Made by a program: the position numbers and the translations under genes
Shown here: one piece after another, positions 1 through 7,453 of the stretch
How the letters are laid out: each line of letters starts with the position of its first letter
Numbering within the stretch: position 1 is the stretch's first letter
Source of the DNA: Patescibacteria group bacterium
GTDB lineage: Bacteria > Patescibacteriota > Minisyncoccia > Moranbacterales > UBA11712
Reading direction: 5' to 3'
Length of the DNA stretch: 49,600 nt
Assembly: GCA_030018805.1 (NCBI GenBank)
Contig: JASEHL010000003.1
Span: forward strand, 1 to 49,600
Notes under the pieces: model-generated
Database searches by the model: none
What the model saw: only the letters and a program-made list of their open reading frames with translations
What the model was told of the DNA's origin: nothing

Positions 1-20
1 CTTCGCCTAAAGGCGAGGGA
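1..20. repeat. Hairpin resembling an IS200/IS605-type end or REP, truncated at window edge
   Basis: TTCGCCT-AA-AGGCGAG imperfect stem; no transposase inside the window. Confidence 0.3.
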
Positions 21-80
21 ATTTCTCCCATTCCCCGAGGGGGACATTAAAAACTAATAAAAATCTATCACGAAAAAAAG

Positions 81-118
81 AAAAAGGGAAGCCGCTCGCG
101 TTCAGACGACTTCCCTTT
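81..118 (-). terminator. Rho-independent terminator after ORF 134-313
   Basis: Minus strand AAAGGGAAGTCG...CGGCTTCCCTTT stem followed by T runs. Confidence 0.7.
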
Positions 119-133
119 ACAATCCCCCATTAT

Positions 134-313
134 TTAACCGCAAAGCGAACATTCTTGTCTGGCTCTATGCCCGCATAAATCCATCGGTTCTTTTCCGCCC
201 TCGCCTGCGACATAGAGAAATCGATCTCTGATTTCGCCTTGGGGAATTTTACAGCCTTCCGGAAAATCGAATTCTGCCGGAACAACAACTTTTTTCTCGA
301 CTATTTTCGCCAT
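134..313 (-). CDS. Small hypothetical protein (59 aa, C-terminal Cys/His), downstream of Ile-rich attenuator
   Basis: AGGAGG RBS at 320-325 before ATG 313; MAKIVEKK...LCGHRARQECSLCG; followed by terminator. Confidence 0.65.
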   Translation of the reverse strand: MAKIVEKKVVVPAEFDFPEGCKIPQGEIRDRFLYVAGEGGKEPMDLCGHRARQECSLCG

Positions 314-341
314 TTTTTTCCTCCTGATTTGTTTTGAGAAC

Positions 342-372
342 AAAAAAACCCGGCGGTTGCCGAGCCGGTTTT
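342..372 (-). terminator. Attenuator terminator 1
   Basis: Minus strand AACCGGC-tcggcaacc-GCCGGG followed by T7, lying between leader peptide and RBS of ORF 134-313. Confidence 0.75.
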
Positions 373-394
373 GGATTCAAGTTTGTCTCTTCAC

Positions 395-472
395 TCAAAA
401 CGAAAACTCACTCGACAACTTCAGTCGGGTAATAATAATGCTGATAATTATCGAGAAGTTTTTGAAATTCAT
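395..472 (-). CDS. Putative attenuation leader peptide, Ile-rich (MNFKNFSIIISIIITRLKLSSEFSF)
   Basis: Translated by hand; 6 Ile in 7 codons; coding segment GTTGTCGAG can pair with terminator segment CTCGGCAAC. Confidence 0.7.
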   Translation of the reverse strand: MNFKNFSIIISIIITRLKLSSEFSF

Positions 473-480
473 TAGTCTTG

Positions 481-508
481 ATTATACGCGATATTGAAAC
501 TTAGTCAA
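481..508 (-). promoter_or_regulatory. sigma70 promoter for Ile leader
   Basis: TTGACT (503-508), 16 nt, TATAAT (481-486); ATG 8 nt downstream. Confidence 0.75.
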
Positions 509-571
509 CTTCTGGAGTTGGGGACGGACGTATAATGACGACCGGCCCCGGAGATATTTCTTCGGAAAAAA

Positions 572-871
572 TTATCTGGATGACGGGAAGAGCGCTTTGT
601 GGTAAAAATGACGGGCATCGGCCGGGAGAGTTTCCATAGCCTGAAGAACGTCGCCTTTAAAATGCGCAACTTTGCATCCAAAGCGCCAGGGCGTGATTAT
701 GCCAGGACCCACCATTTTAATGCCATCAAGCCCCAGTGATTCCATAAGAGACAACACATCCTGCGCGGAGCAGTCACTTCCCTTAGGAACATGAATAACC
801 TTTCTCCTGCCACCGATAACTTCGTCAAGCGTCCGTATTTTCCCCTGCAGCGTACATTTTCCTACGTCCAT
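572..871 (-). CDS. Hypothetical protein (~99 aa)
   Basis: ORF 572-880; AAGGAGG RBS is best spaced for ATG at 871; upstream TTGACC-17-TATTGT promoter-like site (919-947). Confidence 0.6.
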   Translation of the reverse strand: MDVGKCTLQGKIRTLDEVIGGRRKVIHVPKGSDCSAQDVLSLMESLGLDGIKMVGPGIITPWRFGCKVAHFKGDVLQAMETLPADARHFYHKALFPSSR

Positions 872-993
872 AAATAACATCCTCCTTATAAAAGCAAGTT
901 TGCTTTTTATTTGGATTTACAATACATGTTTATCGTCTTGCGGTCAACAGCAATTATCCATAGCAGAACACACAACTCATAATATAATTATTT

Positions 994-1015
994 GTTATCC
1001 AGTTAACTGGATAAC
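994..1015. promoter_or_regulatory. Perfect 22-bp palindrome, candidate operator
   Basis: GTTATCCAGTT|AACTGGATAAC. Confidence 0.4.
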
Positions 1016-1033
1016 TGGAGAGAATGTCAATAT

Positions 1034-1068
1034 AAAAAAGGGGCCGGATTGATTTGCATCCTGACCCC
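1034..1068 (-). terminator. Rho-independent terminator downstream of ORF 1222-1446
   Basis: Minus strand GGGGTCAGGAT...ATCCGGCCCC followed by T6. Confidence 0.6.
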
Positions 1069-1221
1069 ATATCCCCGCGGTGGGTTCATTCGCCTTGCCT
1101 AAGGGCGACTTTCCGCGATGAATTTTCGCTTTGCGTGGGTTTATCTTCCGAATTTTGGAAGAATTCCGCAAAGCTTTCGGCAGAGAAAATTTTTCACCTC
1201 CTTTGCGCCTTTGCGCTTTTT

Positions 1222-1446
1222 CTACAGCGGGATAATGTTATCCTCGCTTGGTTGGCGAACCGGTTCTCGGCTATCGGGCTGTACTTCAATTACTCTTGGA
1301 CCATTTTCTTTTTTCCTGCAGGATATGCACTTGATTGAGCCGTCGCCCGGATCAATCCTGAAGCCTTTAACTATTTTTCCGGCTTCATTTTGACAAATAT
1401 CCCCGCATTTACAGCACATCCATTCTCCCTCTGGTTTTTTTGGCAT
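1222..1446 (-). CDS. Small Zn-ribbon-like protein (74 aa), downstream of Leu/Val attenuator
   Basis: AAGGAGAGG RBS; CCKC...CISC motifs. Confidence 0.7.
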   Translation of the reverse strand: MPKKPEGEWMCCKCGDICQNEAGKIVKGFRIDPGDGSIKCISCRKKENGPRVIEVQPDSREPVRQPSEDNIIPL

Positions 1447-1487
1447 GATGCCTCTCCTTTCGGCATAATATTTTTTCAGTGGAGTAT

Positions 1488-1518
1488 AAAAAACTCCGCT
1501 GTTTTTCGCCGAGCGGAG
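1488..1518 (-). terminator. Attenuator terminator 2
   Basis: Minus strand CTCCGCT-cggcgaaaaac-AGCGGAG followed by T6. Confidence 0.75.
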
Positions 1519-1548
1519 GGTTCTATCTTCTGAATTTATCGAAATTTT

Positions 1549-1659
1549 CTAGTTGACTAATTTATAAAACCATCTGCCCAGTGAAAAACGCACCACGACG
1601 AGTAGCAGCATAAGAACTAGCAAAGTCTGGAAAGAATTTTTCACTATAGCAGATTGCAT
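1549..1659 (-). CDS. Putative attenuation leader peptide, Leu/Val-rich (MQSAIVKNSFQTLLVLMLLLVVVRFSLGRWFYKLVN)
   Basis: Translated by hand; 10 of 11 consecutive codons are Leu/Val (two CTA); downstream GTTTTTCACTGGGCAGATGGTT is largely complementary to terminator 5' side AACCCTCCGCTCGGCGAAAAAC. Confidence 0.7.
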   Translation of the reverse strand: MQSAIVKNSFQTLLVLMLLLVVVRFSLGRWFYKLVN

Positions 1660-1669
1660 AACAGTTGTT

Positions 1670-1698
1670 AGTTTATCAAATCAGCGGAAAATCGTCAA
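1670..1698 (-). promoter_or_regulatory. sigma70 promoter for Leu/Val leader
   Basis: TTGACG (1693-1698), 17 nt, TAAACT (1670-1675). Confidence 0.7.
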
Positions 1699-1750
1699 CC
1701 CCGTTAGAAATTTTACCTATTTGCCTAAGAAACGGCATTTCTAACGGGGT
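1698..1750. repeat. MITE-like inverted repeat element
   Basis: 14-bp IR ACCCCGTTAGAAAT...ATTTCTAACGGGGT; related IR at 44191-44284. Confidence 0.6.
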
Positions 1751-1759
1751 CAAGAGAAG

Positions 1760-1768
1760 TTATCCACA
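1760..1768 (+). promoter_or_regulatory. Perfect DnaA-box sequence
   Basis: TTATCCACA; single copy, function uncertain. Confidence 0.35.
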
Positions 1769-1776
1769 AGAAAATT

Positions 1777-1806
1777 AAAGGGAGACAGCATAAGATCCGT
1801 CTCCCC
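1777..1806 (-). terminator. Probable terminator after ORF 1851-2135
   Basis: Minus strand GGGAGACGG...CTGTCTCCC followed by TTTAATTTT. Confidence 0.55.
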
Positions 1807-1850
1807 GAGGCTAGTTTGCCCATTTATTTAGGTTTGCTAAGAGGTCGACT

Positions 1851-2135
1851 TTAGCTTTTCCACCAGGCAGCCCTAGCTTGGCCCGTCATACTAAGACAAA
1901 TCCGATAAAACGCGAAAATGTCTTTCGCTTTTTCCAGGGCTTCCCTGACTTCGACATTTTTCATTAAGAATGTCCTTATTTGCCCGCGATTCGCAAGCTC
2001 ATAATCCGAGAAATTCCTCATGGCCAGTGAAAAAAGTGTTTCCCCATGAGAAATTACCTTGCGAGGAGTGCTTCCGCAGAGAGGCCTTCCGATTTTCTCC
2101 ATTAAACCAAAATACCCACTTCCATTTTTTTGCAT
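1851..2135 (-). CDS. Hypothetical protein (94 aa), downstream of aromatic attenuator
   Basis: AAAGGGGAAGG RBS-like sequence before ATG 2135; reading frame uncertain (A7 tract after start). Confidence 0.5.
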   Translation of the reverse strand: MQKNGSGYFGLMEKIGRPLCGSTPRKVISHGETLFSLAMRNFSDYELANRGQIRTFLMKNVEVREALEKAKDIFAFYRICLSMTGQARAAWWKS

Positions 2136-2182
2136 AGCCTTCCCCTTTAGCTGGATTAGCCGTACGACGTGTTTTAAAGAAC

Positions 2183-2213
2183 AAAAAACCGGCCCGTTGG
2201 CCGATTTTGGTTT
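2183..2213 (-). terminator. Attenuator terminator 3
   Basis: Minus strand AAAATCGGCC-aacg-GGCCGGTTTTTT. Confidence 0.75.
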
Positions 2214-2234
2214 GCTTATAATTTCTTCGAAAGC

Positions 2235-2333
2235 TTATGCTTTATTCAAAATTCTACTCAAACCAAAACCGGCCCGGGGTCTAAACCAGAAAAAGAAAAA
2301 ATAGGAATTGATTTTGGTTCGATTGGAATTCAT
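2235..2333 (-). CDS. Putative attenuation leader peptide, Phe/Trp/Tyr-rich (MNSNRTKINSYFFFFWFRPRAGFGLSRILNKA)
   Basis: Translated by hand; YFFFFWF run; coding segment GGCCGGTTTTGGTTT (2260-2274) pairs with terminator 5' arm AAACCAAAATCGGCC. Confidence 0.75.
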   Translation of the reverse strand: MNSNRTKINSYFFFFWFRPRAGFGLSRILNKA

Positions 2334-2339
2334 AATCTT

Positions 2340-2380
2340 AACTTATCATCTCTTGAAATCTTCGTCAAGCATGCTATCAT
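2340..2380. promoter_or_regulatory. Overlapping divergent sigma70 promoters
   Basis: Minus: TTGACG (2363-2368)-17-TAAGTT (2340-2345). Plus: TTGAAA (2353-2358)-16-TATCAT (2375-2380), 4 nt before peptidase ATG. Confidence 0.6.
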
Positions 2381-2384
2381 TTTT

Positions 2385-3530
2385 ATGCCTATGCCCAGAG
2401 TAATTTTCGCCTCCACCCGCGATTCCGACATGCACTACGCGGTGAAAACACCGATCACCAGCTCTTTTTTCTATTTGGAAATAGGAAATAGAAAATTGGC
2501 TTTGCTTGACAAGCGTGATTTCGGTCTCCTAAGGTTTATCCTAAGGCCGAACCTTAGGATAAAAGAAATTGCGCTCGAGCCGCTTTTTGAAAAGGCCGGG
2601 AAATTGAAACATAAAACCTCCGACCGCAACAAGCTGGCCTACCTGATTTTTAAGAAATACGGTTTAATGGGGCGAAAAGTTCAGGTTCCCATCCACTTTC
2701 CCCTTGATATGGCTGATTTTTTGCGTGCTCGTGGCGCGAAACTCGTACCCACTTTTCCGTTTTTTCCGGAACGAGCCAGAAAGACCAAGGAAGAAATAAG
2801 CTGTATCGAAGAGAACCTTACGCATACGAAACTTGCTTTTCGGACAATAGAAAATATACTTCGCCGATCAAAAATAAAGAAAAACAGAATTTACTATCAA
2901 AATAAAATTATTACCAGCGAATTTCTGAAGCAGGAAGTCGAGAAGGCACTCGTTGAAAAAGGAATGTTTGATATGCTGGGAATGATTATTTCTTCGGGAG
3001 AGCAAACCGCCATTCCCCATCATATTGGAACTGGCCCGATCAGGCCTCATCAGCCGATTGTTTGCGACATATTTCCAAGGCATCGCCAATCGGGATATTT
3101 TTCCGATATGACGCGAACTTACGTCAAAGGGAACCCGAGTGAAAAAATAATGCGTATGTATAAGGCTGTTCTCAAGGCCCAACTCGCCGCCATGAAAAAA
3201 ATCCCTGTCTCGCCGGCAGGCGGGCGCGCCGGCGTCAGGGCGAAAGAAATTTACGAAGCGGCGGCAAGTGTAATTATCAAATCAGGTTTTGACGTTGGGG
3301 AAATTGGGCTTACTCACGGCCTTGGACACGGAGTCGGCCTGGACATCCACGAAAAACCGAGTCTCAAACCACTTTCGGAAGATATTTTGGAAGCGGGGAA
3401 TATTATAACCGTTGAACCGGGATTATATTATCCTGGCATAGGGGGAGTACGAATCGAGGATATGATTCTCGTCACAAAAACCGGCTTCAAAAATCTGACA
3501 AATTATCCGAAAAAATTAATAATTCCTTAG
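2385..3530 (+). CDS. Xaa-Pro aminopeptidase / M24 family metallopeptidase
   Basis: [33 protein letters not shown] motifs. Confidence 0.92.
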   Translation: MPMPRVIFASTRDSDMHYAVKTPITSSFFYLEIGNRKLALLDKRDFGLLRFILRPNLRIKEIALEPLFEKAGKLKHKTSDRNKLAYLIFKKYGLMGRKVQVPIHFPLDMADFLRARGAKLVPTFPFFPERARKTKEEISCIEENLTHTKLAFRTIENILRRSKIKKNRIYYQNKIITSEFLKQEVEKALVEKGMFDMLGMIISSGEQTAIPHHIGTGPIRPHQPIVCDIFPRHRQSGYFSDMTRTYVKGNPSEKIMRMYKAVLKAQLAAMKKIPVSPAGGRAGVRAKEIYEAAASVIIKSGFDVGEIGLTHGLGHGVGLDIHEKPSLKPLSEDILEAGNIITVEPGLYYPGIGGVRIEDMILVTKTGFKNLTNYPKKLIIP

Positions 3531-3635
3531 CCTTTTCTAAGGCTTAACCTTAGAAACCCATAAAAAATTTTGTACAATTAATTTTGCTATAGCAATTTTA
3601 TTTGTATAATATATTTTTTCGGAAACATATAAAGA

Positions 3636-3666
3636 AAAGGCCGGACCACACGGGTCCGGTTTTTTA
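3636..3666. terminator. Terminator hairpin between convergent genes
   Basis: CCGGACC-acacg-GGTCCGG flanked by A and T runs. Confidence 0.7.
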
Positions 3667-3669
3667 ACG

Positions 3670-3954
3670 TCAGAAATGAGCCGCATCGCGGATGTTATGC
3701 ACTTCAAGCAATAACAACGAGTACATTCTCCACGCCAGTCCATTCAGAGAGCAAAGAAGGGATGTCAGCCTATAAATATTGGCGTTGTCCCAACAATCCC
3801 AGCAAAAAAAGTTTTTAATGGTGGCAAGTCCCAGAATATGAATTTCATCCCCTGGCCTCGCATATGTCCTCCCGCAAATTCGACACGTATATGTCAGCAG
3901 CGCCGGTTGCTGGGACGCTATTGCTACTCCCACCTGCCCATAGCTCGGATGCAT
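3670..3954 (-). CDS. Hypothetical protein with two CxxC motifs
   Basis: AGGGAGG RBS; CRIC and CWDC; TTGACT promoter-like site at 4041-4046. Confidence 0.6.
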   Translation of the reverse strand: MHPSYGQVGVAIASQQPALLTYTCRICGRTYARPGDEIHILGLATIKNFFCWDCWDNANIYRLTSLLCSLNGLAWRMYSLLLLEVHNIRDAAHF

Positions 3955-4135
3955 AGACGCCTCCCTGTTAATAAAATTCTGATTTCAGAATCCATTATCG
4001 AATTATTGGAATAAGTATATCTTATTATAATTTTTCAAAAAGTCAATTCCTTATACTGTTTGAAAGTGAACAATAAAAATTCCTAATATTGATATTAGGA
4101 ATAGAATATTTATATTATCTAAAGAAAAAAATTAC

Positions 4136-5806
4136 CTAAAACAACCCTTTTATCCTCCCCCTGTCATCAACATCAATCCTCTCCGCCGCCGGTGTTTTGG
4201 GAAGACCGGGCATGGTCATGATGTCGCCGGCGATGGCCACGATGAAACCCGCTCCGTTTGAAACGCGAATTTCCCTCACATTCAAAGTGAAATTTTTGGG
4301 TCGTCCCAGTTTTTTCGGATCGTCCGAAAGGGAAAATTGCGTTTTGGCAATGCAAATCGGAACTTTGTCGAGGTGAAACCTCGACAGCATGGCCATTTGT
4401 TTTTTGGCTCCCGGAGAAAATTTCACATCTTTAGCTCCATATATTTCTTTCGCGATCGTTTCGATTTTTTCCGGTATGGATTTTTTCACGTTATAAATCG
4501 GCGCAAATTTCAACTTTTCTTTACCCGCAACTGATATAACCGTCTTAGCAAGTTCGATTCCGCCCCGACCCCCTTTTTTCCAGACTTCCGAGCGGGCGAT
4601 TCTCGCTCCCAAATTTTTTGCAATATTCTCCACAAATTGAATTTCTCTTTCTGTATCCGTTGGAAAAATATTGAGCGCCACAACCACGGGAACACCGAAT
4701 TTTTTAAGATTTTCAAGATGCTTTTCAAGGTTTGCCATCCCATTCGAAAGCGCTTTTATATTTTCCTTGATGAGATTTTCTTTCGGCACTCCCCCATTGT
4801 ATTTGAGCGATCGGACAGTTGCGACAATGACCGCAGCATCTGGTTTCAGTCCCGCCATTCGGCATTTGATGTCGAAAAATTTCTCCGCCCCAAGATCGGC
4901 TCCGAATCCGGCTTCCGTGACGGCAAATTCGCCGAGCTTCAGAGCGTATTTCGTCGCAATGATGCTGCTGCATCCATGGGCAATATTTCCAAACGGCCCG
5001 CCGTGAATGAGCGCCGGAGTATGTTCAAGAGTTTGGACCAGATTGGGTTTGAGCGCGTCTTTCAAGAGGGCGACCATGGCTCCTTCGGCTTTGAGAGAGC
5101 GCGCGTATACCGGTTTTCCGGCGCTTGCGAGTCCGATGACAATTTTTCCCAGCCTTTTCTTGAGATCGGCTATATTCTCGGAGAGGCACAGAATCGCCAT
5201 AATTTCCGAAGCGGCGGTGATGTCAAATCCGTCTTCCCGCGAAAAAACACCAGACTTTTTTTCAATTCTTATGGCAATTCGTCTCAACGCCCGGTCATTG
5301 AGATCAAAACACCTCTTCCAAGAAATTTTTTGCGGGTCAATTTGAAGCTTATTGCCAAAATAAATATGGTTATCAATGAGAGACGCGAGAAGATTGTTGG
5401 CCACCGTCACCGCGTGAATATCGCCGGTGAAGTGCAAATTGATGTCTTCCATCGGCATTACCTGCGCGTATCCTCCGCCCGCCGCGCCGCCTTTCACACC
5501 CATGCATGGACCAAGCGACGGCTCGCGAAGCGCCAGCACCGCTTTTTTTCCAAGTTTCCAAAGGGCTTGAGCAAGACCGATGGAAGTTGTCGTTTTTCCC
5601 TCTCCGGCCGGCGTGGGATTGACAGCTGTCACAAGAATCAGCTTTCCATCGGGTCTTTTCTTGATTTTTCCCCAAAGTTCCGGCGCGAATTTTGCTTTAT
5701 ATCCGTCATAAAGCTCCAGATATTTTCCCCCTACGCCAATCTTCGCCGCAATTTCGCGGATGGGTTTCATTTTTGATTTTTGAGCAATTTGAATATCCGA
5801 GAGCAT
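4136..5806 (-). CDS. fhs: Formate--tetrahydrofolate ligase
   Basis: [53 protein letters not shown]. Confidence 0.97.
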   Translation of the reverse strand: MLSDIQIAQKSKMKPIREIAAKIGVGGKYLELYDGYKAKFAPELWGKIKKRPDGKLILVTAVNPTPAGEGKTTTSIGLAQALWKLGKKAVLALREPSLGPCMGVKGGAAGGGYAQVMPMEDINLHFTGDIHAVTVANNLLASLIDNHIYFGNKLQIDPQKISWKRCFDLNDRALRRIAIRIEKKSGVFSREDGFDITAASEIMAILCLSENIADLKKRLGKIVIGLASAGKPVYARSLKAEGAMVALLKDALKPNLVQTLEHTPALIHGGPFGNIAHGCSSIIATKYALKLGEFAVTEAGFGADLGAEKFFDIKCRMAGLKPDAAVIVATVRSLKYNGGVPKENLIKENIKALSNGMANLEKHLENLKKFGVPVVVALNIFPTDTEREIQFVENIAKNLGARIARSEVWKKGGRGGIELAKTVISVAGKEKLKFAPIYNVKKSIPEKIETIAKEIYGAKDVKFSPGAKKQMAMLSRFHLDKVPICIAKTQFSLSDDPKKLGRPKNFTLNVREIRVSNGAGFIVAIAGDIMTMPGLPKTPAAERIDVDDRGRIKGLF

Positions 5807-5911
5807 CTTTGATTATTTACGAATTACATATCCTATTTTAAAAAATTTTCAAAAAGTACTCAAATATATCCACGTGGATGGAAATGAGTACTCTTTTCCA
5901 ATCCTGTTTTT

Positions 5912-6412
5912 TTATTTTACCACTTTATATTTCACCGCTATTGAGTTCTTGTTCAGTTTTTCGACTCCAACAAGTTTCAAATCAACGTCAAAATCCCCAC
6001 CAAAAACCCCGAGGCCGTCGCCGAAAATTTTGGGCTCGATCGTGAGCCATATTTCGTCGATTAATTTTCGCTCGAGAAATTGGGAGTTCATATATGTTCC
6101 CCCACCAAGAATTGCCGACTTGTATCCCATTTCTTCCAGTTCCGCGAGAACTTTTTTTGGTTCGCCCGTCACCCATTTCACGTTTTCTTGTTTCGGAGGA
6201 TTTTTTTCAAGCGTAAAAACAACATTTAATCTTCCCGGCAGAGGATTCTTAAAAGTAAAAAAAGTTTTGTCGCCCATGATAACAACGCCATGCTCTTTCG
6301 ACACGGCCGCGAACATTTTTTTGTCCTCTTTGGATGTCCAATTCGGAAAATGGTCGCTTGATTTCGCGATTTTCCCGTCGGCCGTCACGGCCATCATTAA
6401 TATTATTTTCAT
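5912..6412 (-). CDS. folA: Dihydrofolate reductase family protein
   Basis: VIMGDKTF, PLPGRLNVV, ILGGG motifs; directly after thyA; start moved to MKIILMM. Confidence 0.85.
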   Translation of the reverse strand: MKIILMMAVTADGKIAKSSDHFPNWTSKEDKKMFAAVSKEHGVVIMGDKTFFTFKNPLPGRLNVVFTLEKNPPKQENVKWVTGEPKKVLAELEEMGYKSAILGGGTYMNSQFLERKLIDEIWLTIEPKIFGDGLGVFGGDFDVDLKLVGVEKLNKNSIAVKYKVVK

Positions 6413-6456
6413 CCTAACATTCAATGTTAGGGTTTCCCTAACATTGAATGTTAGGA
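6412..6456. repeat. Perfect 21-bp inverted repeat made of two smaller hairpins
   Basis: TCCTAACATTCAATGTTAGGG-ttt-CCCTAACATTGAATGTTAGGA fills the thyA-folA gap. Confidence 0.8.
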
Positions 6457-7449
6457 ACCCCCAACGTTAACGATCTCTGCTTTGATCGCCGGATGCGGGT
6501 CATAGCCTTCCAAAGTGAAATCTTCATAGATAAAATCGTCGATGTTTTTTTCGTCTGGATTCAACTTGAGCGTCGGAAAAGGCCGCGGCTCGCGCGAGAT
6601 CTGCTCTTTCACTTGCTCGAAATGATTGGAATAGATATGCACGTCGCCGAAAATATGGACGAATTCTCCGGCCGGAATCCCTGTTACTTGCGAAACCATG
6701 AGAAGAAGCAGAGCGTAGCTCGCGATATTGAACGGCACTCCCAAGAAAACGTCCGCGCTGCGCTGATACATCCCGAGATTCAATTTGTCGTTCACGACCG
6801 CGAACTGGAAAGTTGTGTGGCAAAAAGGCGGCACCTCGTTGCGGTTCTGGGGCGAGGCCATGGAATAGATGAAATCCGGATTCCAGGCGGAAACGCAATA
6901 TGATTTCCGATAAGGCTTGTCTTTGAGACCTTTGATGCAATAATCCAGCTGATCGATGAGATGCCCGTCCGCCGCCGGCCATTTGCGCCACATCCGGCCG
7001 TAAATCGTCACGAGATCGCCCCATTTTTTCACGAATTCGCTCGCCGCCGGTTCGGATTTCAGTTTCGCAATGAAATCTTTTTGTTCCATATCTTCTTCCG
7101 GCGCACTTTCGAGGCACCATTTGTGATATTTTTTCCAGGCCCACTCGTCCCAGATGTGAACATCGCGGTCGACCAGATATTTTATGTTCGAATCTCCCAT
7201 CAAAAACCACAAGAGTTCTTCAAAAATTCCCCGATAGAAAACTTTTTTCGTCGTGAGTAGGGGAAAGCCCTGGCCCATGTCAAATCGCATCATCCGCCCG
7301 AAGACGGAGCGAATGAACGGCAGTTTCTCGCCTTTTTTTCTGTATTGTTCCTGTACTTCCGGCGTCAAAAACAGTTTTTTGTCCGAACCGTTCTCTAAAA
7401 TGTCTTTGAGGAGATTGAGATATTGGTATTCGGGATGGTTTTTTTTCAT
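6451..7449 (-). CDS. thyA: Thymidylate synthase (divergent)
   Basis: FPLLTTKK, ELLWFL, IWDEW, PFCH, YQRSADVFLGVPFN, HIYSNH. Confidence 0.92.
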   Translation of the reverse strand: MKKNHPEYQYLNLLKDILENGSDKKLFLTPEVQEQYRKKGEKLPFIRSVFGRMMRFDMGQGFPLLTTKKVFYRGIFEELLWFLMGDSNIKYLVDRDVHIWDEWAWKKYHKWCLESAPEEDMEQKDFIAKLKSEPAASEFVKKWGDLVTIYGRMWRKWPAADGHLIDQLDYCIKGLKDKPYRKSYCVSAWNPDFIYSMASPQNRNEVPPFCHTTFQFAVVNDKLNLGMYQRSADVFLGVPFNIASYALLLLMVSQVTGIPAGEFVHIFGDVHIYSNHFEQVKEQISREPRPFPTLKLNPDEKNIDDFIYEDFTLEGYDPHPAIKAEIVNVGGS

Positions 7450-7453
7450 CTTA

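Noticed and set aside
1054-1393. Plus-strand ORFs 1054-1338 and 1118-1393
   Set aside because: Overlap the minus ORF 1222-1446, which has RBS, promoter context and CxxC motifs.
1760-1768. Replication origin
   Set aside because: Only isolated DnaA boxes; no cluster and no dnaA/dnaN nearby.
4637-5776. 379-aa plus-strand ORF
   Set aside because: Antisense shadow of fhs; no motifs.
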